Positions 10,980 through 20,922 of a stretch of 63,519 bases of DNA are shown in pieces. The notes under the pieces were generated by a model. That model did no database searches, was not told where the DNA came from, and saw only the letters and a program-made list of their open reading frames with translations. A program made the position numbers and the translations under genes. This DNA is from Armatimonadota bacterium. GTDB lineage: Bacteria; Armatimonadota; UBA10988. Every line of letters starts with the position of its first letter. Positions within the stretch are counted from its first letter, which is position 1. The stretch spans positions 1 to 63,519 of the forward strand of contig JACRKZ010000049.1 of the NCBI GenBank assembly GCA_016235455.1, in the 5' to 3' direction.

Positions 10980-11930
10980 ATGGCCGATCTTCGCGTCGTG
11001 ACGCGTGGCAGTCTGCTGGCTCGCACGCAGACTCAGTGGGTGGTGGACCAACTCATCGCGGCTCATCCCGGCCTGACGGTCGAGATCGTCGAATGCACGA
11101 CGTCGGGTGACCGCATCCAGGACCGGCCGCTGCCCGAGGTGGGCGGCAAGGGCCTGTTCACCCTGGAGCTGGAGTCGGCGCTGCTCGGCGGTGACGCGGA
11201 CCTGGCTATCCATAGTCTCAAGGACCTGCCCACGGCCCTGCCGGACGGCCTGTGCGTCGGCGCCATCCCGCCGCGCGAAGACCCGTTCGACGCGCTGGTG
11301 CTGCCCAAGGACGCGCCCACACCGGTCACCGACGATCCGCTGGCGGTGCTGGCCATCGGCGCGCGAGTCGGCACCAGCAGCACGCGCCGCGTGGCGCTGC
11401 TGCGCCATCGGCGGCCCGACCTGATTGTTGAACCGGTGCGCGGCAACCTGGACACCCGGCTGCGCAAGCTCGATGAGGGTCAGTACGACGCCATTCTGCT
11501 GGCCGCCGCGGGCCTGCGCCGGCTGGGCTGGTCGGCACGCATCTCGGCGCGGCTGGGCCTGGACACCATGGTGCCGGCTCCGGCCCAGGGCGCGCTGGGC
11601 ATCGAGTGCCGCTCGGGTGATGAGCGTGTCGGCTCGTTGCTGGCCGCTATCGACCACGCGCCCACGCGCGCGGCGGTGGATGCCGAACGGGCTTTTCTGG
11701 CCGCGCTCGGCGGCGGCTGCCTGCTGCCCGTGGGCGCCTACGCGGAGCCCGTGGGCGAGAGCCTGGCGTTGGCCGTGGCCGTAGCGCATCCGGCGGGGAT
11801 TGAAGTGGTGCAGCGCACTGCCGTGGGCCCGCAGACCGCGGCCTGTAAGCTGGGCGAGGGCTTGGCGCAGGCGTTGCTGGCGGAAGGCGTCGACCGGCTG
11901 CTCAACGACGTGCAGGGCGAGCGCGGATAG
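10980..11930 (+). CDS. hemC: Hydroxymethylbilane synthase (porphobilinogen deaminase)
   Basis: TRGSLLA, GGKGLFTLELE, HSLKDLP, GTSSTRR, RGNLDTRLRKL and cofactor Cys in GGGCLLP. Confidence 0.96.
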   Translation: MADLRVVTRGSLLARTQTQWVVDQLIAAHPGLTVEIVECTTSGDRIQDRPLPEVGGKGLFTLELESALLGGDADLAIHSLKDLPTALPDGLCVGAIPPREDPFDALVLPKDAPTPVTDDPLAVLAIGARVGTSSTRRVALLRHRRPDLIVEPVRGNLDTRLRKLDEGQYDAILLAAAGLRRLGWSARISARLGLDTMVPAPAQGALGIECRSGDERVGSLLAAIDHAPTRAAVDAERAFLAALGGGCLLPVGAYAEPVGESLALAVAVAHPAGIEVVQRTAVGPQTAACKLGEGLAQALLAEGVDRLLNDVQGERG

Positions 11931-11943
11931 CGACGGGGGGGAA

Positions 11944-12027
11944 TGCCGAGAGCGGGATTTGAACCCGCACAACCTTACGGTCACTAGTCCCTCAAACTAG
12001 CGTGTCTACCTATTCCACCACCTCGGC
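11944..12027 (-). tRNA. tRNA-Leu (anticodon GAG); CCA not encoded
   Basis: The reverse complement GCCGAGGTGGTGGAATAGGTAGACACGCTAGTTTGAGGGACTAGTGACCGTAAGGTTGTGCGGGTTCAAATCCCGCTCTCGGCA has an acceptor stem, D-loop GG, anticodon stem CTAGT/ACTAG around TTGAGGG, a long variable arm and TTCAAAT in the T-loop. Confidence 0.95.
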
Positions 12028-12039
12028 AAAGGTGCGGTC

Positions 12040-12279
12040 CTACTGAACCAGATGGCGCATCCACGCCATCAACGCGGCCAGCGCGAGCCAGCCGTAGGCG
12101 AGCTTCATGGTCGCGGCTTCCAGGCCCTTTTCGCGCCCGACTTTGCCGCCACCACCGCCACCACCAGCCAGAATGCCGCTCAGGCCCTCGGACTTGGACG
12201 TCTGCAACGCGATCAGGATCATCATGCTGATACCGATGCCGTAGAAGGCGACCGCGACCAAATAGTAGAGCGCATTCAT
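12040..12279 (-). CDS. secG: Preprotein translocase subunit SecG
   Basis: 79 aa with two TM helices joined by LQTSKSEGLSGILAGG. Lies directly upstream of tRNA-Leu. Confidence 0.85.
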   Translation of the reverse strand: MNALYYLVAVAFYGIGISMMILIALQTSKSEGLSGILAGGGGGGGKVGREKGLEAATMKLAYGWLALAALMAWMRHLVQ

Positions 12280-12411
12280 GAGTGGCTTCTCACCAGAGCC
12301 GGCAGTATAGCACGGGGCGGTGGCCGTGACAAGCAGGGGTGCGCGGCGAATTCCGGCCCGTGGCCCGTCGCCCCCGATCTGGTACCATGCCGCCTGATCT
12401 GGGAGGACGGC

Positions 12412-15228
12412 ATGGCTCCGTCGAGCAACTGGCTGTGGACCGACGCGCCGTTGGCGCCAAGGAACAACTACGTGCGCTTCCGCGCGCGCCTGCACTATGC
12501 CGGCGGGCCGCTGACGCTGCACCTCACGGCCGACACGCGCTACGAGTTGCGCGTCAACGGCCGGCTGCTGGGCCAAGGCCCGGTGCGCGCCTGGCCGAAC
12601 CACTGGCGCTACGACAGCTACGACCTCGCACCGCACCTCTGCCTGGGCGACAATGTGCTGGCCGTGGTGGTCAACCACTATGGCGAGAGCACCTTCCAGA
12701 GCATCGACGGCCCGGCCGGCATGCTGGCCTGGTGCGACCCCGGGGTCGACCTGACCTGGCGCGCCAGCCCCGACCCCGCGCGGGCCACCAGCGTGCCGCG
12801 CATCAGCTGCCAGCTGGGCTATGAAGAGCAGTTCGACGCGCGCTGCGACGAGCCCTGGACCACGCTCGGCTACGACGACTCGCACTGGCCGCTGGCCAGC
12901 GCGGCGCCCGAGGCCGACGACTTCCACCGCAACCTGGAGCCGCGCGGCATTCCCATGCTCACCGACGAGCCCATCCTGCCCCAGCGCGTGATCTCGGCAG
13001 AGGTCGTGCGCAGCCAGCCGGTGCGTTTCACGGTCAACGCCAAGCCCTACCTGTTCCCTGAGGACAACCAGGCCAACATGTTGCAGGCGCACGGCTACCT
13101 GGTCACGCAGATCTGGTCGCCCGAGTCGGCCGAGGTGCGGGTGCACTCGGTGCACAAATGGCCCGCCGACTACGCGCTCGGCGGCGCACCGCTGCCCGGC
13201 GGCCGCGGCACGCTACACGCGGGCTGGAACAGTCTGGTCGTCTCGCTGCGGCGCAACTATCACGTGGCCGAGTTCGCCATCGAGTTCGAGGGGCTGCCGG
13301 CCGGCACGCGCTTCTGCGCCGCGGGTGAGGCCGGCGGGTCGCCTTGGGCGGTCTGCGGGCCGTTCGCCCTGGGCGAGGGCGACGAGTCGGCCATCTACCA
13401 CAACAACGACGACAGCCTGACCGTGGCCTGGCCGTGGCACGACGGCAGCACGCTGGAGGCCGGCGAGCAGCTCTGGGCGACGGGCAACGTGCCGGCCGCT
13501 GTCGGCCAGTCGTGGTGGCAGCCGGTGCGGCCCGAAGACCTGCCGCCCGTCGACGTCTTCGCCACCGCCTATACCGATGATGTGCTGGGCCGTCTGGCCG
13601 TGCCGACCGATGGGCTGCTATCGGCGGCGGAGTGGGTCACCATCGAGCCGTGCACCGACGGCGATGTACGGGTGCTGCTCGACTACGGCCGTGAAATCGT
13701 CGGCCATCACGAGTTCGAGATCGACGCGCCCGCGGGCACGATCGTCGATGTCCACAACTTCGAGTTCATCCAGCCCGACGGTCGCTACAACTTCGCCGAG
13801 GGCATGAACAACAGCTTCCGGTACGTGTGCCGCGCCGGCGCGCAGACGTACCGCACCTGGCTGCGGCGCGGCTTCCGCTACACGTACCTCATCCTGCGCG
13901 ACCTGACCGAGCCGGTGAAGCTACGCCGTGTGGCGGCGATCTTCGCCAGCTACCCGCAGTCGCGCCGAGGCATGTTCGCCTCGAGCGATGCCCAGCTCGA
14001 TCGCATCTGGGAGGTCGGCGCGCACACGCTGCGCTGCTGTGCCGAGGATACCTACACCGACTGCCCGACCTACGAGCAGACGCACTGGGTGGGCGATGCG
14101 CGCAACGAGGCGCTGGTCGATTGGGTGGTCAACGGCGATCCGCGGCTGTGGTTCCGCTGCCTGGAGCAGACCGGCCAGAGCCTGGAGCGCTCACCGATCA
14201 CCGAGAGCGAAGTGCCCAGCGGCTGGCGCAACCTGCTGCCGGCCTGGAGCTTCTTGTGGATGCGCTCGTGCTGCGAGTATGCGCGGTTCACTGGCGACGT
14301 GGCCGGCACCGAGCAGTTGCTGGACTACGTCAACCGCAACGTGGACGGCATCGCCCAGCACACCAACGCCGACGGGCTGTTCGAGATCCGCGCCTGGAAC
14401 ATGTTCGACTGGGCCGAGATGGACACACCCAGCCGCGGTGTGGTGACCCACCAGAACTGCATGGCCGCGCAAGCCCTGGCCGAATGCGCCGAGTTGGCGC
14501 GCGACCTGGGGCAACTGGAGCGCAGCATCCGCTGGGACCAGCTCGCGCGCATCATCGCCGGCGCGGTGAACCGGCACCTTTGGGTGGAGGAGCGGTCGGC
14601 CTACACCGACTGCCTGCGCGTGCGCGAGTCGATGGACCGCGTGCGCGGCCGGCAACGCGAACTGGTGCCCAGCCCGGTCTTCAGCCAGCAGACGCAGACG
14701 GCGGCGGTGATGGCCGGCGTGGCCCAGGGCGAGCGGGCCGAGCTGTGCCGCGGCCACCTGCACCATCCGCCCGAGGGCTTCGTCCAGGCCGGCAGCCCGT
14801 TCTTCGAGTTCTTCCTGCTGGAAGCTTACCAGCGCGAAGGGCGCGACGCCGAGTTCATCGAGACCATCCGCCGCGACTGGGGCTTCATGGTGGACATGGG
14901 CGCGACGACCTTCTGGGAGATGTGGTCGGGCCGCGACGGTCGCCTGACCCGCAGCCACTGCCACGGCTGGTCGGCGGCGCCGACCTTCTTCCTGAGCACC
15001 TGGGTGCTGGGCGTGCGGCCCGGCGGCTACGGCTTCGCGCCGTGTGTCATCGAGCCGCATCCAGGCGACCTGCGCTGGTGCCGAGGCGTCGTGCCAACGC
15101 CCCTGGGCGATGCCGAGGTGCAGTGGGAGAACGAGCCGGGCCAGCCGTTCGTGCTGCGCGTCTCGGCGCCCGAAGGGCTGGAGCTGGACGTGCGACTGCC
15201 GCGCGACGGGACGTGGTCACGGCGGTGA
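12412..15228 (+). CDS. Alpha-L-rhamnosidase family protein (GH78)
   Basis: LTADTRYELRVNG...GQGP, catalytic region YTDCPTYEQTHWVGD, and GATTFWE...RSHCHGW. GGAGGA RBS before ATG 12412. Confidence 0.88.
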   Translation: MAPSSNWLWTDAPLAPRNNYVRFRARLHYAGGPLTLHLTADTRYELRVNGRLLGQGPVRAWPNHWRYDSYDLAPHLCLGDNVLAVVVNHYGESTFQSIDGPAGMLAWCDPGVDLTWRASPDPARATSVPRISCQLGYEEQFDARCDEPWTTLGYDDSHWPLASAAPEADDFHRNLEPRGIPMLTDEPILPQRVISAEVVRSQPVRFTVNAKPYLFPEDNQANMLQAHGYLVTQIWSPESAEVRVHSVHKWPADYALGGAPLPGGRGTLHAGWNSLVVSLRRNYHVAEFAIEFEGLPAGTRFCAAGEAGGSPWAVCGPFALGEGDESAIYHNNDDSLTVAWPWHDGSTLEAGEQLWATGNVPAAVGQSWWQPVRPEDLPPVDVFATAYTDDVLGRLAVPTDGLLSAAEWVTIEPCTDGDVRVLLDYGREIVGHHEFEIDAPAGTIVDVHNFEFIQPDGRYNFAEGMNNSFRYVCRAGAQTYRTWLRRGFRYTYLILRDLTEPVKLRRVAAIFASYPQSRRGMFASSDAQLDRIWEVGAHTLRCCAEDTYTDCPTYEQTHWVGDARNEALVDWVVNGDPRLWFRCLEQTGQSLERSPITESEVPSGWRNLLPAWSFLWMRSCCEYARFTGDVAGTEQLLDYVNRNVDGIAQHTNADGLFEIRAWNMFDWAEMDTPSRGVVTHQNCMAAQALAECAELARDLGQLERSIRWDQLARIIAGAVNRHLWVEERSAYTDCLRVRESMDRVRGRQRELVPSPVFSQQTQTAAVMAGVAQGERAELCRGHLHHPPEGFVQAGSPFFEFFLLEAYQREGRDAEFIETIRRDWGFMVDMGATTFWEMWSGRDGRLTRSHCHGWSAAPTFFLSTWVLGVRPGGYGFAPCVIEPHPGDLRWCRGVVPTPLGDAEVQWENEPGQPFVLRVSAPEGLELDVRLPRDGTWSRR

Positions 15229-15268
15229 GGCCGGATTTCCCGCGTTCGCGCACTTAGGGTGGTGTGCA

Positions 15269-16873
15269 GTGACCGTCAGAGAGTTCCTCGAAGCCGATCC
15301 TGTCGGCCAGCCAGACCGCGAGGTGGCCCAGATTGTGGCGCAAGAGCGTCTGGCCCACTTTCTCCCGGCTTCGACTGACCCGAAGTGGCTCTGTGCCCTA
15401 GCTAGGTTTGCCACGGACCGGCCGCTCCGCTACTGGCGCGACGACAGCCTGCAAGAGGCCCTCAGCATGCTGGAGGCGTGTCCGGAACGCACGCGCGCCG
15501 CGTTCGCGAGCAGGAGCGACGCACTGGGCTTAGCAATGCACAACCTGCTGGTCACGAGCGGGGCAACCGAGATTGAGAACGTGCCGCCGACGGACACCGC
15601 CGAGGGTCTCGACACCTACATGGGTGTGCTCCTCCCTGAGTACTTGCGCTGCGCAGAGGGGATCTACGGGCACTTACTCGAGGTCTACTGGTCTGTGCTG
15701 AAAAAGGCAGGGCCAGGTGGCCAATATGATGCTCGCGCCGCAACCCAATGCCTCAAAGCACACGGCTGCACCAAGCTGCTGGTGGCAGACTGGGACCGGA
15801 TAAGGAATTCCATCGCACACGGCACGACCCGCTTTGTCGGAGACGAAATTCACTTCGCCAACAAGGGCCACGCCCACGACTGTTCGGCCTACGAGTTCAT
15901 GCAGTCGCTCGACCAATTGGTTGAGTCGTGCATGGCCATGGCGTTAGCCTGCCTGCTGTTCCTGGCGAGGCCAGAAGACGCTGACTGCCCGGCCACGCCG
16001 CCGCTGCCAGTCATCCGGTTGCTCCTCGAAGCCTACGCATCAAGGCCGTCCCTCTATGTGCGAGGTGTCTACGAGTCTCATCCAGACTACACCAGCCGCG
16101 ACCTGCGCATATGGATAGAAACACCGGTGAAGCACCGAGTGAGCCTCATCACGATGTGTCTGAGGGTGTGCGCCTGGACACCGTACCTGAGCGCAGGTGG
16201 GTACGATCGCGTGCTGTTCGAGTTCAAGCAGGGCCGTCGTGTGCCTGCCCTGGTCATTGTGGACCCTAAGGCGCTAGTTGAGCTACTTCGCACGGAGGCG
16301 CCTGCGGATCAGGTCACCAGTGCCATCCTGGAGCCAACCATGCTCCTGCTCGATGAGCCCGGACAGCTCAGGTCAGCTCGCGACAGGTGGTCTGTTCTCA
16401 AGGCGGTCTACCGCCAGCAACTCCATCAGTTCGCCAGGACACCAGGGACACCGGTCGCCTGGTGCTTGCACGAGTGGTGCTGGATCCGTCGCACACAGAA
16501 CATCAGTGTGGGCAGACTCGCACGTCTCGAAGTGTTGGCGGTCCTCCGCCACCCCGACTGGGCCGATGACCGCCGCCTGGTGCGCGAGATAGTCGTTGCG
16601 CTGGCCCGCAAGGCGGCAAGCAAGCGGATCCTGACGAAAGGGGCAGACCCATTCCAGGCAGTCGGAAGGTACTGCCGACCGCACCACGTCATTGTTCGCC
16701 TCTACCGGCAGGACGGACCGTGCAGGGCTCTCGGGCGACTAGGATGGGCTGGCGGGGACTTGGTGGCGATCGCCGAGTACCGTCGCGGCCTTTGGCCGCC
16801 GAACCGGGTCGCGTGTTGGCCAGACGAGGTGCATCGAGGCGTTGAGATCCAGTACGGCCCGCACGAGCCCTGA
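15269..16873 (+). CDS. Hypothetical protein with a HEPN-like RxxxxH motif
   Basis: Long ORF filling the gap between GH78 and the next gene, containing RNSIAH at about 15803-15820. Codon usage is visibly more A/T-rich than in the flanks. Start (GTG 15269) uncertain. Confidence 0.6.
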   Translation: MTVREFLEADPVGQPDREVAQIVAQERLAHFLPASTDPKWLCALARFATDRPLRYWRDDSLQEALSMLEACPERTRAAFASRSDALGLAMHNLLVTSGATEIENVPPTDTAEGLDTYMGVLLPEYLRCAEGIYGHLLEVYWSVLKKAGPGGQYDARAATQCLKAHGCTKLLVADWDRIRNSIAHGTTRFVGDEIHFANKGHAHDCSAYEFMQSLDQLVESCMAMALACLLFLARPEDADCPATPPLPVIRLLLEAYASRPSLYVRGVYESHPDYTSRDLRIWIETPVKHRVSLITMCLRVCAWTPYLSAGGYDRVLFEFKQGRRVPALVIVDPKALVELLRTEAPADQVTSAILEPTMLLLDEPGQLRSARDRWSVLKAVYRQQLHQFARTPGTPVAWCLHEWCWIRRTQNISVGRLARLEVLAVLRHPDWADDRRLVREIVVALARKAASKRILTKGADPFQAVGRYCRPHHVIVRLYRQDGPCRALGRLGWAGGDLVAIAEYRRGLWPPNRVACWPDEVHRGVEIQYGPHEP

Positions 16874-16948
16874 TCAGCCGACGGCCAAGCACCAGACAAC
16901 CCAGTTGTGCTACGCTACACCCCCATCAAAACCAGCCAGGAGCATGAC

Positions 16949-17818
16949 ATGCGAGCAGACCTGAGAGAGCGACTGACCAGCGGCCGAGCCCTGGTGGCCG
17001 ACGGCGCCACCGGCACCCAGCTCTACGCCCGCGGCATGACGCCCGGCGGGTGCAGTGAGGCCTGGAACACCGAGAACCCCGCCGCCGTGACCGATGTCGC
17101 CGCGTGCTACGCCCAGGCCGGCTCGGATCTGGTCTACACCAACAGCTTCGGCGGCAACCGCTGGCGGCTCGGCCACTACGGCCTGGCCGACCGGCTGGAA
17201 GAGTTGAACGAGAAGGCTGCCAGCCTGGCCCGCGCCGGCGTGGGTGAGGATGTCTACGTTGTCGGCTCCATGGGCCCGACCGGCGACTTCCTCGCGCCGC
17301 TGGGCATGTTGGAGCCCGACGAGGTGCAAGCCGCGTATGCGCAACAGGCCGCCGCACTGGTCGCCGGCGGCGCCGACGGCCTGGTGCTGGAGACCTTTGC
17401 CGCGCTCGACGAGATCGCCGCCGCGGTACGTGGCGCGCGCAGCGTCACCGACAAGCCCATTCTCGCCACGCTGACCTACGGCGCAGGCCTGCGCACCATG
17501 ATGGGCATCTCACCGCAGGTGGCCATCGCCGAACTGGTCGAGGCCGGCGCCGATGTGGTCGGGCTCAACTGCGGCGACGAGATCGATGTGGTCGTGCCCG
17601 TGCTGGAAGCCTATGCCGGCCACGGCGTGCAGCTCATGGCCAAGCCCAATGCCGGCATGCCGGTCATCGTCGATGGTCAGCCGACCTGGCCCATCCCGCC
17701 GGTCGACTTCGCCGAGCGCGCACGCGTCTGGCTGCAGACCGGCGCACGCATTGTCGGCGGCTGCTGCGGCACCAGCCCGGCCTATGTGACGGCGCTGGCC
17801 AAGATGGTGCGCGGGTAG
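16949..17818 (+). CDS. Homocysteine S-methyltransferase family protein (stand-alone MetH N-terminal-like domain)
   Basis: DGATGTQL, TNSFGGN, ETF, GLNC, KPNAGMP and Zn-binding GGCCGT. AGGAG RBS. Confidence 0.88.
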   Translation: MRADLRERLTSGRALVADGATGTQLYARGMTPGGCSEAWNTENPAAVTDVAACYAQAGSDLVYTNSFGGNRWRLGHYGLADRLEELNEKAASLARAGVGEDVYVVGSMGPTGDFLAPLGMLEPDEVQAAYAQQAAALVAGGADGLVLETFAALDEIAAAVRGARSVTDKPILATLTYGAGLRTMMGISPQVAIAELVEAGADVVGLNCGDEIDVVVPVLEAYAGHGVQLMAKPNAGMPVIVDGQPTWPIPPVDFAERARVWLQTGARIVGGCCGTSPAYVTALAKMVRG

Positions 17819-17849
17819 CCAGAGACGCCGCCTCAAGCCCCCCAAAGTA

Positions 17850-17893
17850 CAACGCGCGGCGGCTGACCTGGTCAGGTCGGCCGCCGCGCGTTG
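17850..17893. terminator. GC-rich hairpin between convergent genes
   Basis: CAACGCGCGGCGGCTGACCTG-GT-CAGGTCGGCCGCCGCGCGTTG, a near-perfect inverted repeat. Confidence 0.65.
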
Positions 17894-17903
17894 CTGCCTG
17901 GGC

Positions 17904-19085
17904 TCACTTGTCCCAGGCGTGGGCCTTGACGATGGCTTGCAGTTCCACCAACGCCGGGTCAGCAGCGTCGATGAGCTTGAACTTCGCGAGGTACGCGAAG
18001 GCGAAGAACGCGCTGCGTACCCGATCCTTCTGGCCCGCGATCTTGTCGGCCGGGACCGCCTTGACGGACTCGACGAACGCCATGCCGCGCTGCTCGACGT
18101 CGGTGTAGAGCGCATCGGTCCGCTCGTAGACCATCAGCTCAGCCAGACCGAGCATCTGCTCGAACGACTGGTCGGGGAGCTTGGCGGCGCGCTCACGCAC
18201 CAGTGCGGCGATCTCCTTGCGCGTGGCGGCGGCAGCTTCGACCGACATCGGGCCGTGGATGCCGGCGTCATCGGCGTCGGTTCGCGCGGGCAGCGGGCGG
18301 TACCAGATGTTGCGGTAGCGCACGGGATTGCCATGGTCCTGCAGCTTGAGCGCGCCCTTTTCGGGCAGCGGACCGGGACGGGTGCGGCCCATGTGGCCGG
18401 TGCCACCTTCGAGTTGCGTCTTGTCCTGCACCAGCACGCCGTTGCAGTAGACCGTCACGAAGCCGGGATGGATAAGCTGCTTCCCTTCGTACACCGGGCG
18501 GCGGAACGTGATGTCGATCGACTGGTACTCGCCCGGCGGGCGCAACGCGTTGGCCAGCGGCGGGCAGACTCCGTAGACCGAGCAGGCAAAGCCGTCGGCG
18601 TAGGTGGGGTTGTTGTAGTTGTCCAGCACCTGGATCTCGACCGCACCCTCCAGGAAGATGCCGCTGTTGCCGCGGCCCTGGCTCTGGCCCACCGGCGGCG
18701 TGGGCGCGGCCCATTCGATGTGCAGTTGGCAGTCGCCGAACGCCGCCTTGGTGCGGATGTAGCCCGAGCCCGGCGTGCACTGCAGCGAGCCGTCCTTGAC
18801 GATCCACTTGGTCGGCTGGTTGCCGGGCTTGTCGGCCTCCCAGTTGTCGACGGCGGCGTCGGTGCCGTCGAACAGCACCACGGCGTCGGGCGTCGGCTTG
18901 GCCTTCTCGGCGTCGTACGGCAGCGGGTCGACCAGCTTCGGCTGCGGCCGATTCCAGTCGTGAACGCACCACGGGTGGGTCGCGTCCGGAGCGTCGCCGT
19001 AGAACGGTTGGCCCGTCGAAGCCGCGAACGCTGACGAAGTCGCGCCCAACAGAAGCACCAGTGCGATTTTACGCAGACCTTGCAT
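17904..19085 (-). CDS. Secreted DUF1080 (3-keto-disaccharide hydrolase-like) protein
   Basis: Signal peptide, VLFDG, FGDCQLHIEW, GNSGIF, EIQVLD and LKLQDHGNPVRYRNIW. Start may instead be GTG 19100. Confidence 0.82.
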   Translation of the reverse strand: MQGLRKIALVLLLGATSSAFAASTGQPFYGDAPDATHPWCVHDWNRPQPKLVDPLPYDAEKAKPTPDAVVLFDGTDAAVDNWEADKPGNQPTKWIVKDGSLQCTPGSGYIRTKAAFGDCQLHIEWAAPTPPVGQSQGRGNSGIFLEGAVEIQVLDNYNNPTYADGFACSVYGVCPPLANALRPPGEYQSIDITFRRPVYEGKQLIHPGFVTVYCNGVLVQDKTQLEGGTGHMGRTRPGPLPEKGALKLQDHGNPVRYRNIWYRPLPARTDADDAGIHGPMSVEAAAATRKEIAALVRERAAKLPDQSFEQMLGLAELMVYERTDALYTDVEQRGMAFVESVKAVPADKIAGQKDRVRSAFFAFAYLAKFKLIDAADPALVELQAIVKAHAWDK

Positions 19086-19352
19086 CGCTTGTATCCTCAC
19101 GTCGAATTCCTGGCCGGGCCGCCGGTGACGACCACCAACCGGCCTGCGCTGGGGTCCAGGGATCGACCCCGAGCGACCGACCGTCGCCGGCAACTGCGTA
19201 TTATAGGCCGCTTGGGCCTTTGCCAGCCAGGGCCGCGAACACAAAGAACGGCCAGAGGCGGCCGAGCGACAACGCGCGACGCGACGCCAACCAACTCCGC
19301 TTGCGGCGCGCCGCCCCAGCGGGCACACTGGTGGCCGACAGGGAGACGCGCT

Positions 19353-20858
19353 ATGCCCAAGCCCACTCGGACGTTCTGGCTCCTGCTCGGCCCGCTCGCG
19401 ATGCTCGCGGTGCTGGCCTGCTGCGATCTGCAGCACGGCAAGCCCGAAGTCACGCGCATGGCCGCGATGACGCTGTGGATGGCCATCTGGTGGGTCGCCG
19501 AGCCGGTGCCGCTGGCGGTCACCGCGCTACTGCCCATCGCCACTTTCCCGTTCCTGGGCATACTCTCGTCCAAGGATCTGGGCCCAGTCTACATGGACCA
19601 GGTCAGTTTCCTGTTCATCGGCGGCTTCCTGGTGGCTCTGGCCATGGAGCGTTGGGGGCTCAACCAGCGCGTCGCTCTGCAGACCGCCGCGGCCTTCGGC
19701 GGCACGCCGGCGCGGCTGCTGCTGGGCTTCCTGCTGGCCACGGGCGGGCAGTCGATGTGGATGTCCAACACCGCCGCGGCGCTGGTCATGATGCCGCCGG
19801 TGATGGCGGTCATCCTGCGGCTGGAGGCGCGCGACGGCGCCGATGCGGTGCGGCCCTTGGCCGTGGCGCTGCTGCTGGCGGTGGCCTACGGCGCCAGCAT
19901 CGGCGGCGTGGGCACGCTGGTCGGCACGCCGACCAACCTGGTCTTCGTGCGGCAGATGCACATTGCCTTCCCCAAGGCGCCGGCCATCAGCTTCCTGGGC
20001 TGGATGAAGATTGGCGTGCCGCTGGTGGCGATCATGCTGCTGGCGGCCTGGGGCGTGCTGTGGTTCCTCTATCTGCGCCGCGTCAAGGTGCAGCCGCTGA
20101 CGCGCGCCGAGCTGGGCGAGGAGATCAAGGGGCTGGGGGCACCGACCTTCGAACAGAAGGTCATCGTCGTGCTGGCCGTGCTGATGGTGGCCATGTGGGT
20201 CTTCCGCGAGGATGTCGACCTGGGCGGGTTCACGCTGCTCGGCTGGACCCACCGGCTGAAGAGCGCCAAGCTCGTCGGCGACTCCACGGTGGCGATGATC
20301 GGCGCGCTGCTGTTGTTCCTCATCCCCTCGCGTAGTGAGCGCGGCCGCTGCCTGCTCACCTGGGAGGATGCCCAACGCCTGCCGTGGGATATCGTCATGC
20401 TGTTCGGCGGCGGGTTCGCGCTGGCCAAGGGCTTCCAGTCCAGCGGACTGGACAAGTGGTGCGGCCATCAGCTCAGCTCGCTGGGTACCTACTCGCCGCT
20501 GACCATCGCGCTGGCGGTCTGCCTGGCGCTCGTGTTCATCACCGAGTTCACCGCCAACACGTCGACCGTGGAGATGGTGCTGCCGGTGCTGGCGGCGGTG
20601 GCGGCGGCGATCCGCGTCAACCCGCTGTTCCTGCTAGTGCCCGCCACTATCTGCGCCAGCTTCGGCTTCATGCTGCCCGCAGGCACACCGCCCAATGCGC
20701 TGGTCTTCTCGGCGCGGCGCATGAGCGTGGTGCAGATGGCGCGCACGGGCTTCCTGCTCAACGTCCTGGGCGCCGTGCTGGCCACGCTGGCGGTCCTCAC
20801 CTGGGGCCGCTACGCCCTGGGCGGCGACCTGCTGGCCTGGCCGGCGTGGGGCCAGTGA
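19353..20858 (+). CDS. SLC13/DASS family sodium:dicarboxylate/sulfate symporter
   Basis: Many TM helices, SMWMSNTAA, GTLVGTPTN and FMLPAGTPPNA. Confidence 0.9.
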   Translation: MPKPTRTFWLLLGPLAMLAVLACCDLQHGKPEVTRMAAMTLWMAIWWVAEPVPLAVTALLPIATFPFLGILSSKDLGPVYMDQVSFLFIGGFLVALAMERWGLNQRVALQTAAAFGGTPARLLLGFLLATGGQSMWMSNTAAALVMMPPVMAVILRLEARDGADAVRPLAVALLLAVAYGASIGGVGTLVGTPTNLVFVRQMHIAFPKAPAISFLGWMKIGVPLVAIMLLAAWGVLWFLYLRRVKVQPLTRAELGEEIKGLGAPTFEQKVIVVLAVLMVAMWVFREDVDLGGFTLLGWTHRLKSAKLVGDSTVAMIGALLLFLIPSRSERGRCLLTWEDAQRLPWDIVMLFGGGFALAKGFQSSGLDKWCGHQLSSLGTYSPLTIALAVCLALVFITEFTANTSTVEMVLPVLAAVAAAIRVNPLFLLVPATICASFGFMLPAGTPPNALVFSARRMSVVQMARTGFLLNVLGAVLATLAVLTWGRYALGGDLLAWPAWGQ

Positions 20859-20865
20859 GCTGACT

Positions 20866-20905
20866 GGCTCGGCGGGGCGACCGCGGACGGTCGCCCCGGC
20901 GAGCC
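20866..20905. terminator. Hairpin between convergent genes
   Basis: GGGGCGACCG-CGGA-CGGTCGCCCC core, extended by GGCTCG/CGAGCC. Confidence 0.55.
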
Positions 20906-20922
20906 GGACACCGAGACCGGGG

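Noticed and set aside
11944-12027. tRNA as an integration site for an island
   Set aside because: No integrase and no duplicated tRNA 3' end seen. The flanks are housekeeping genes (hemC, secG).
12040-13155. 371-aa minus-strand ORF as given in the ORF track
   Set aside because: Only the last 79 codons (secG) are credible. The rest overlaps the GH78 gene in antisense.
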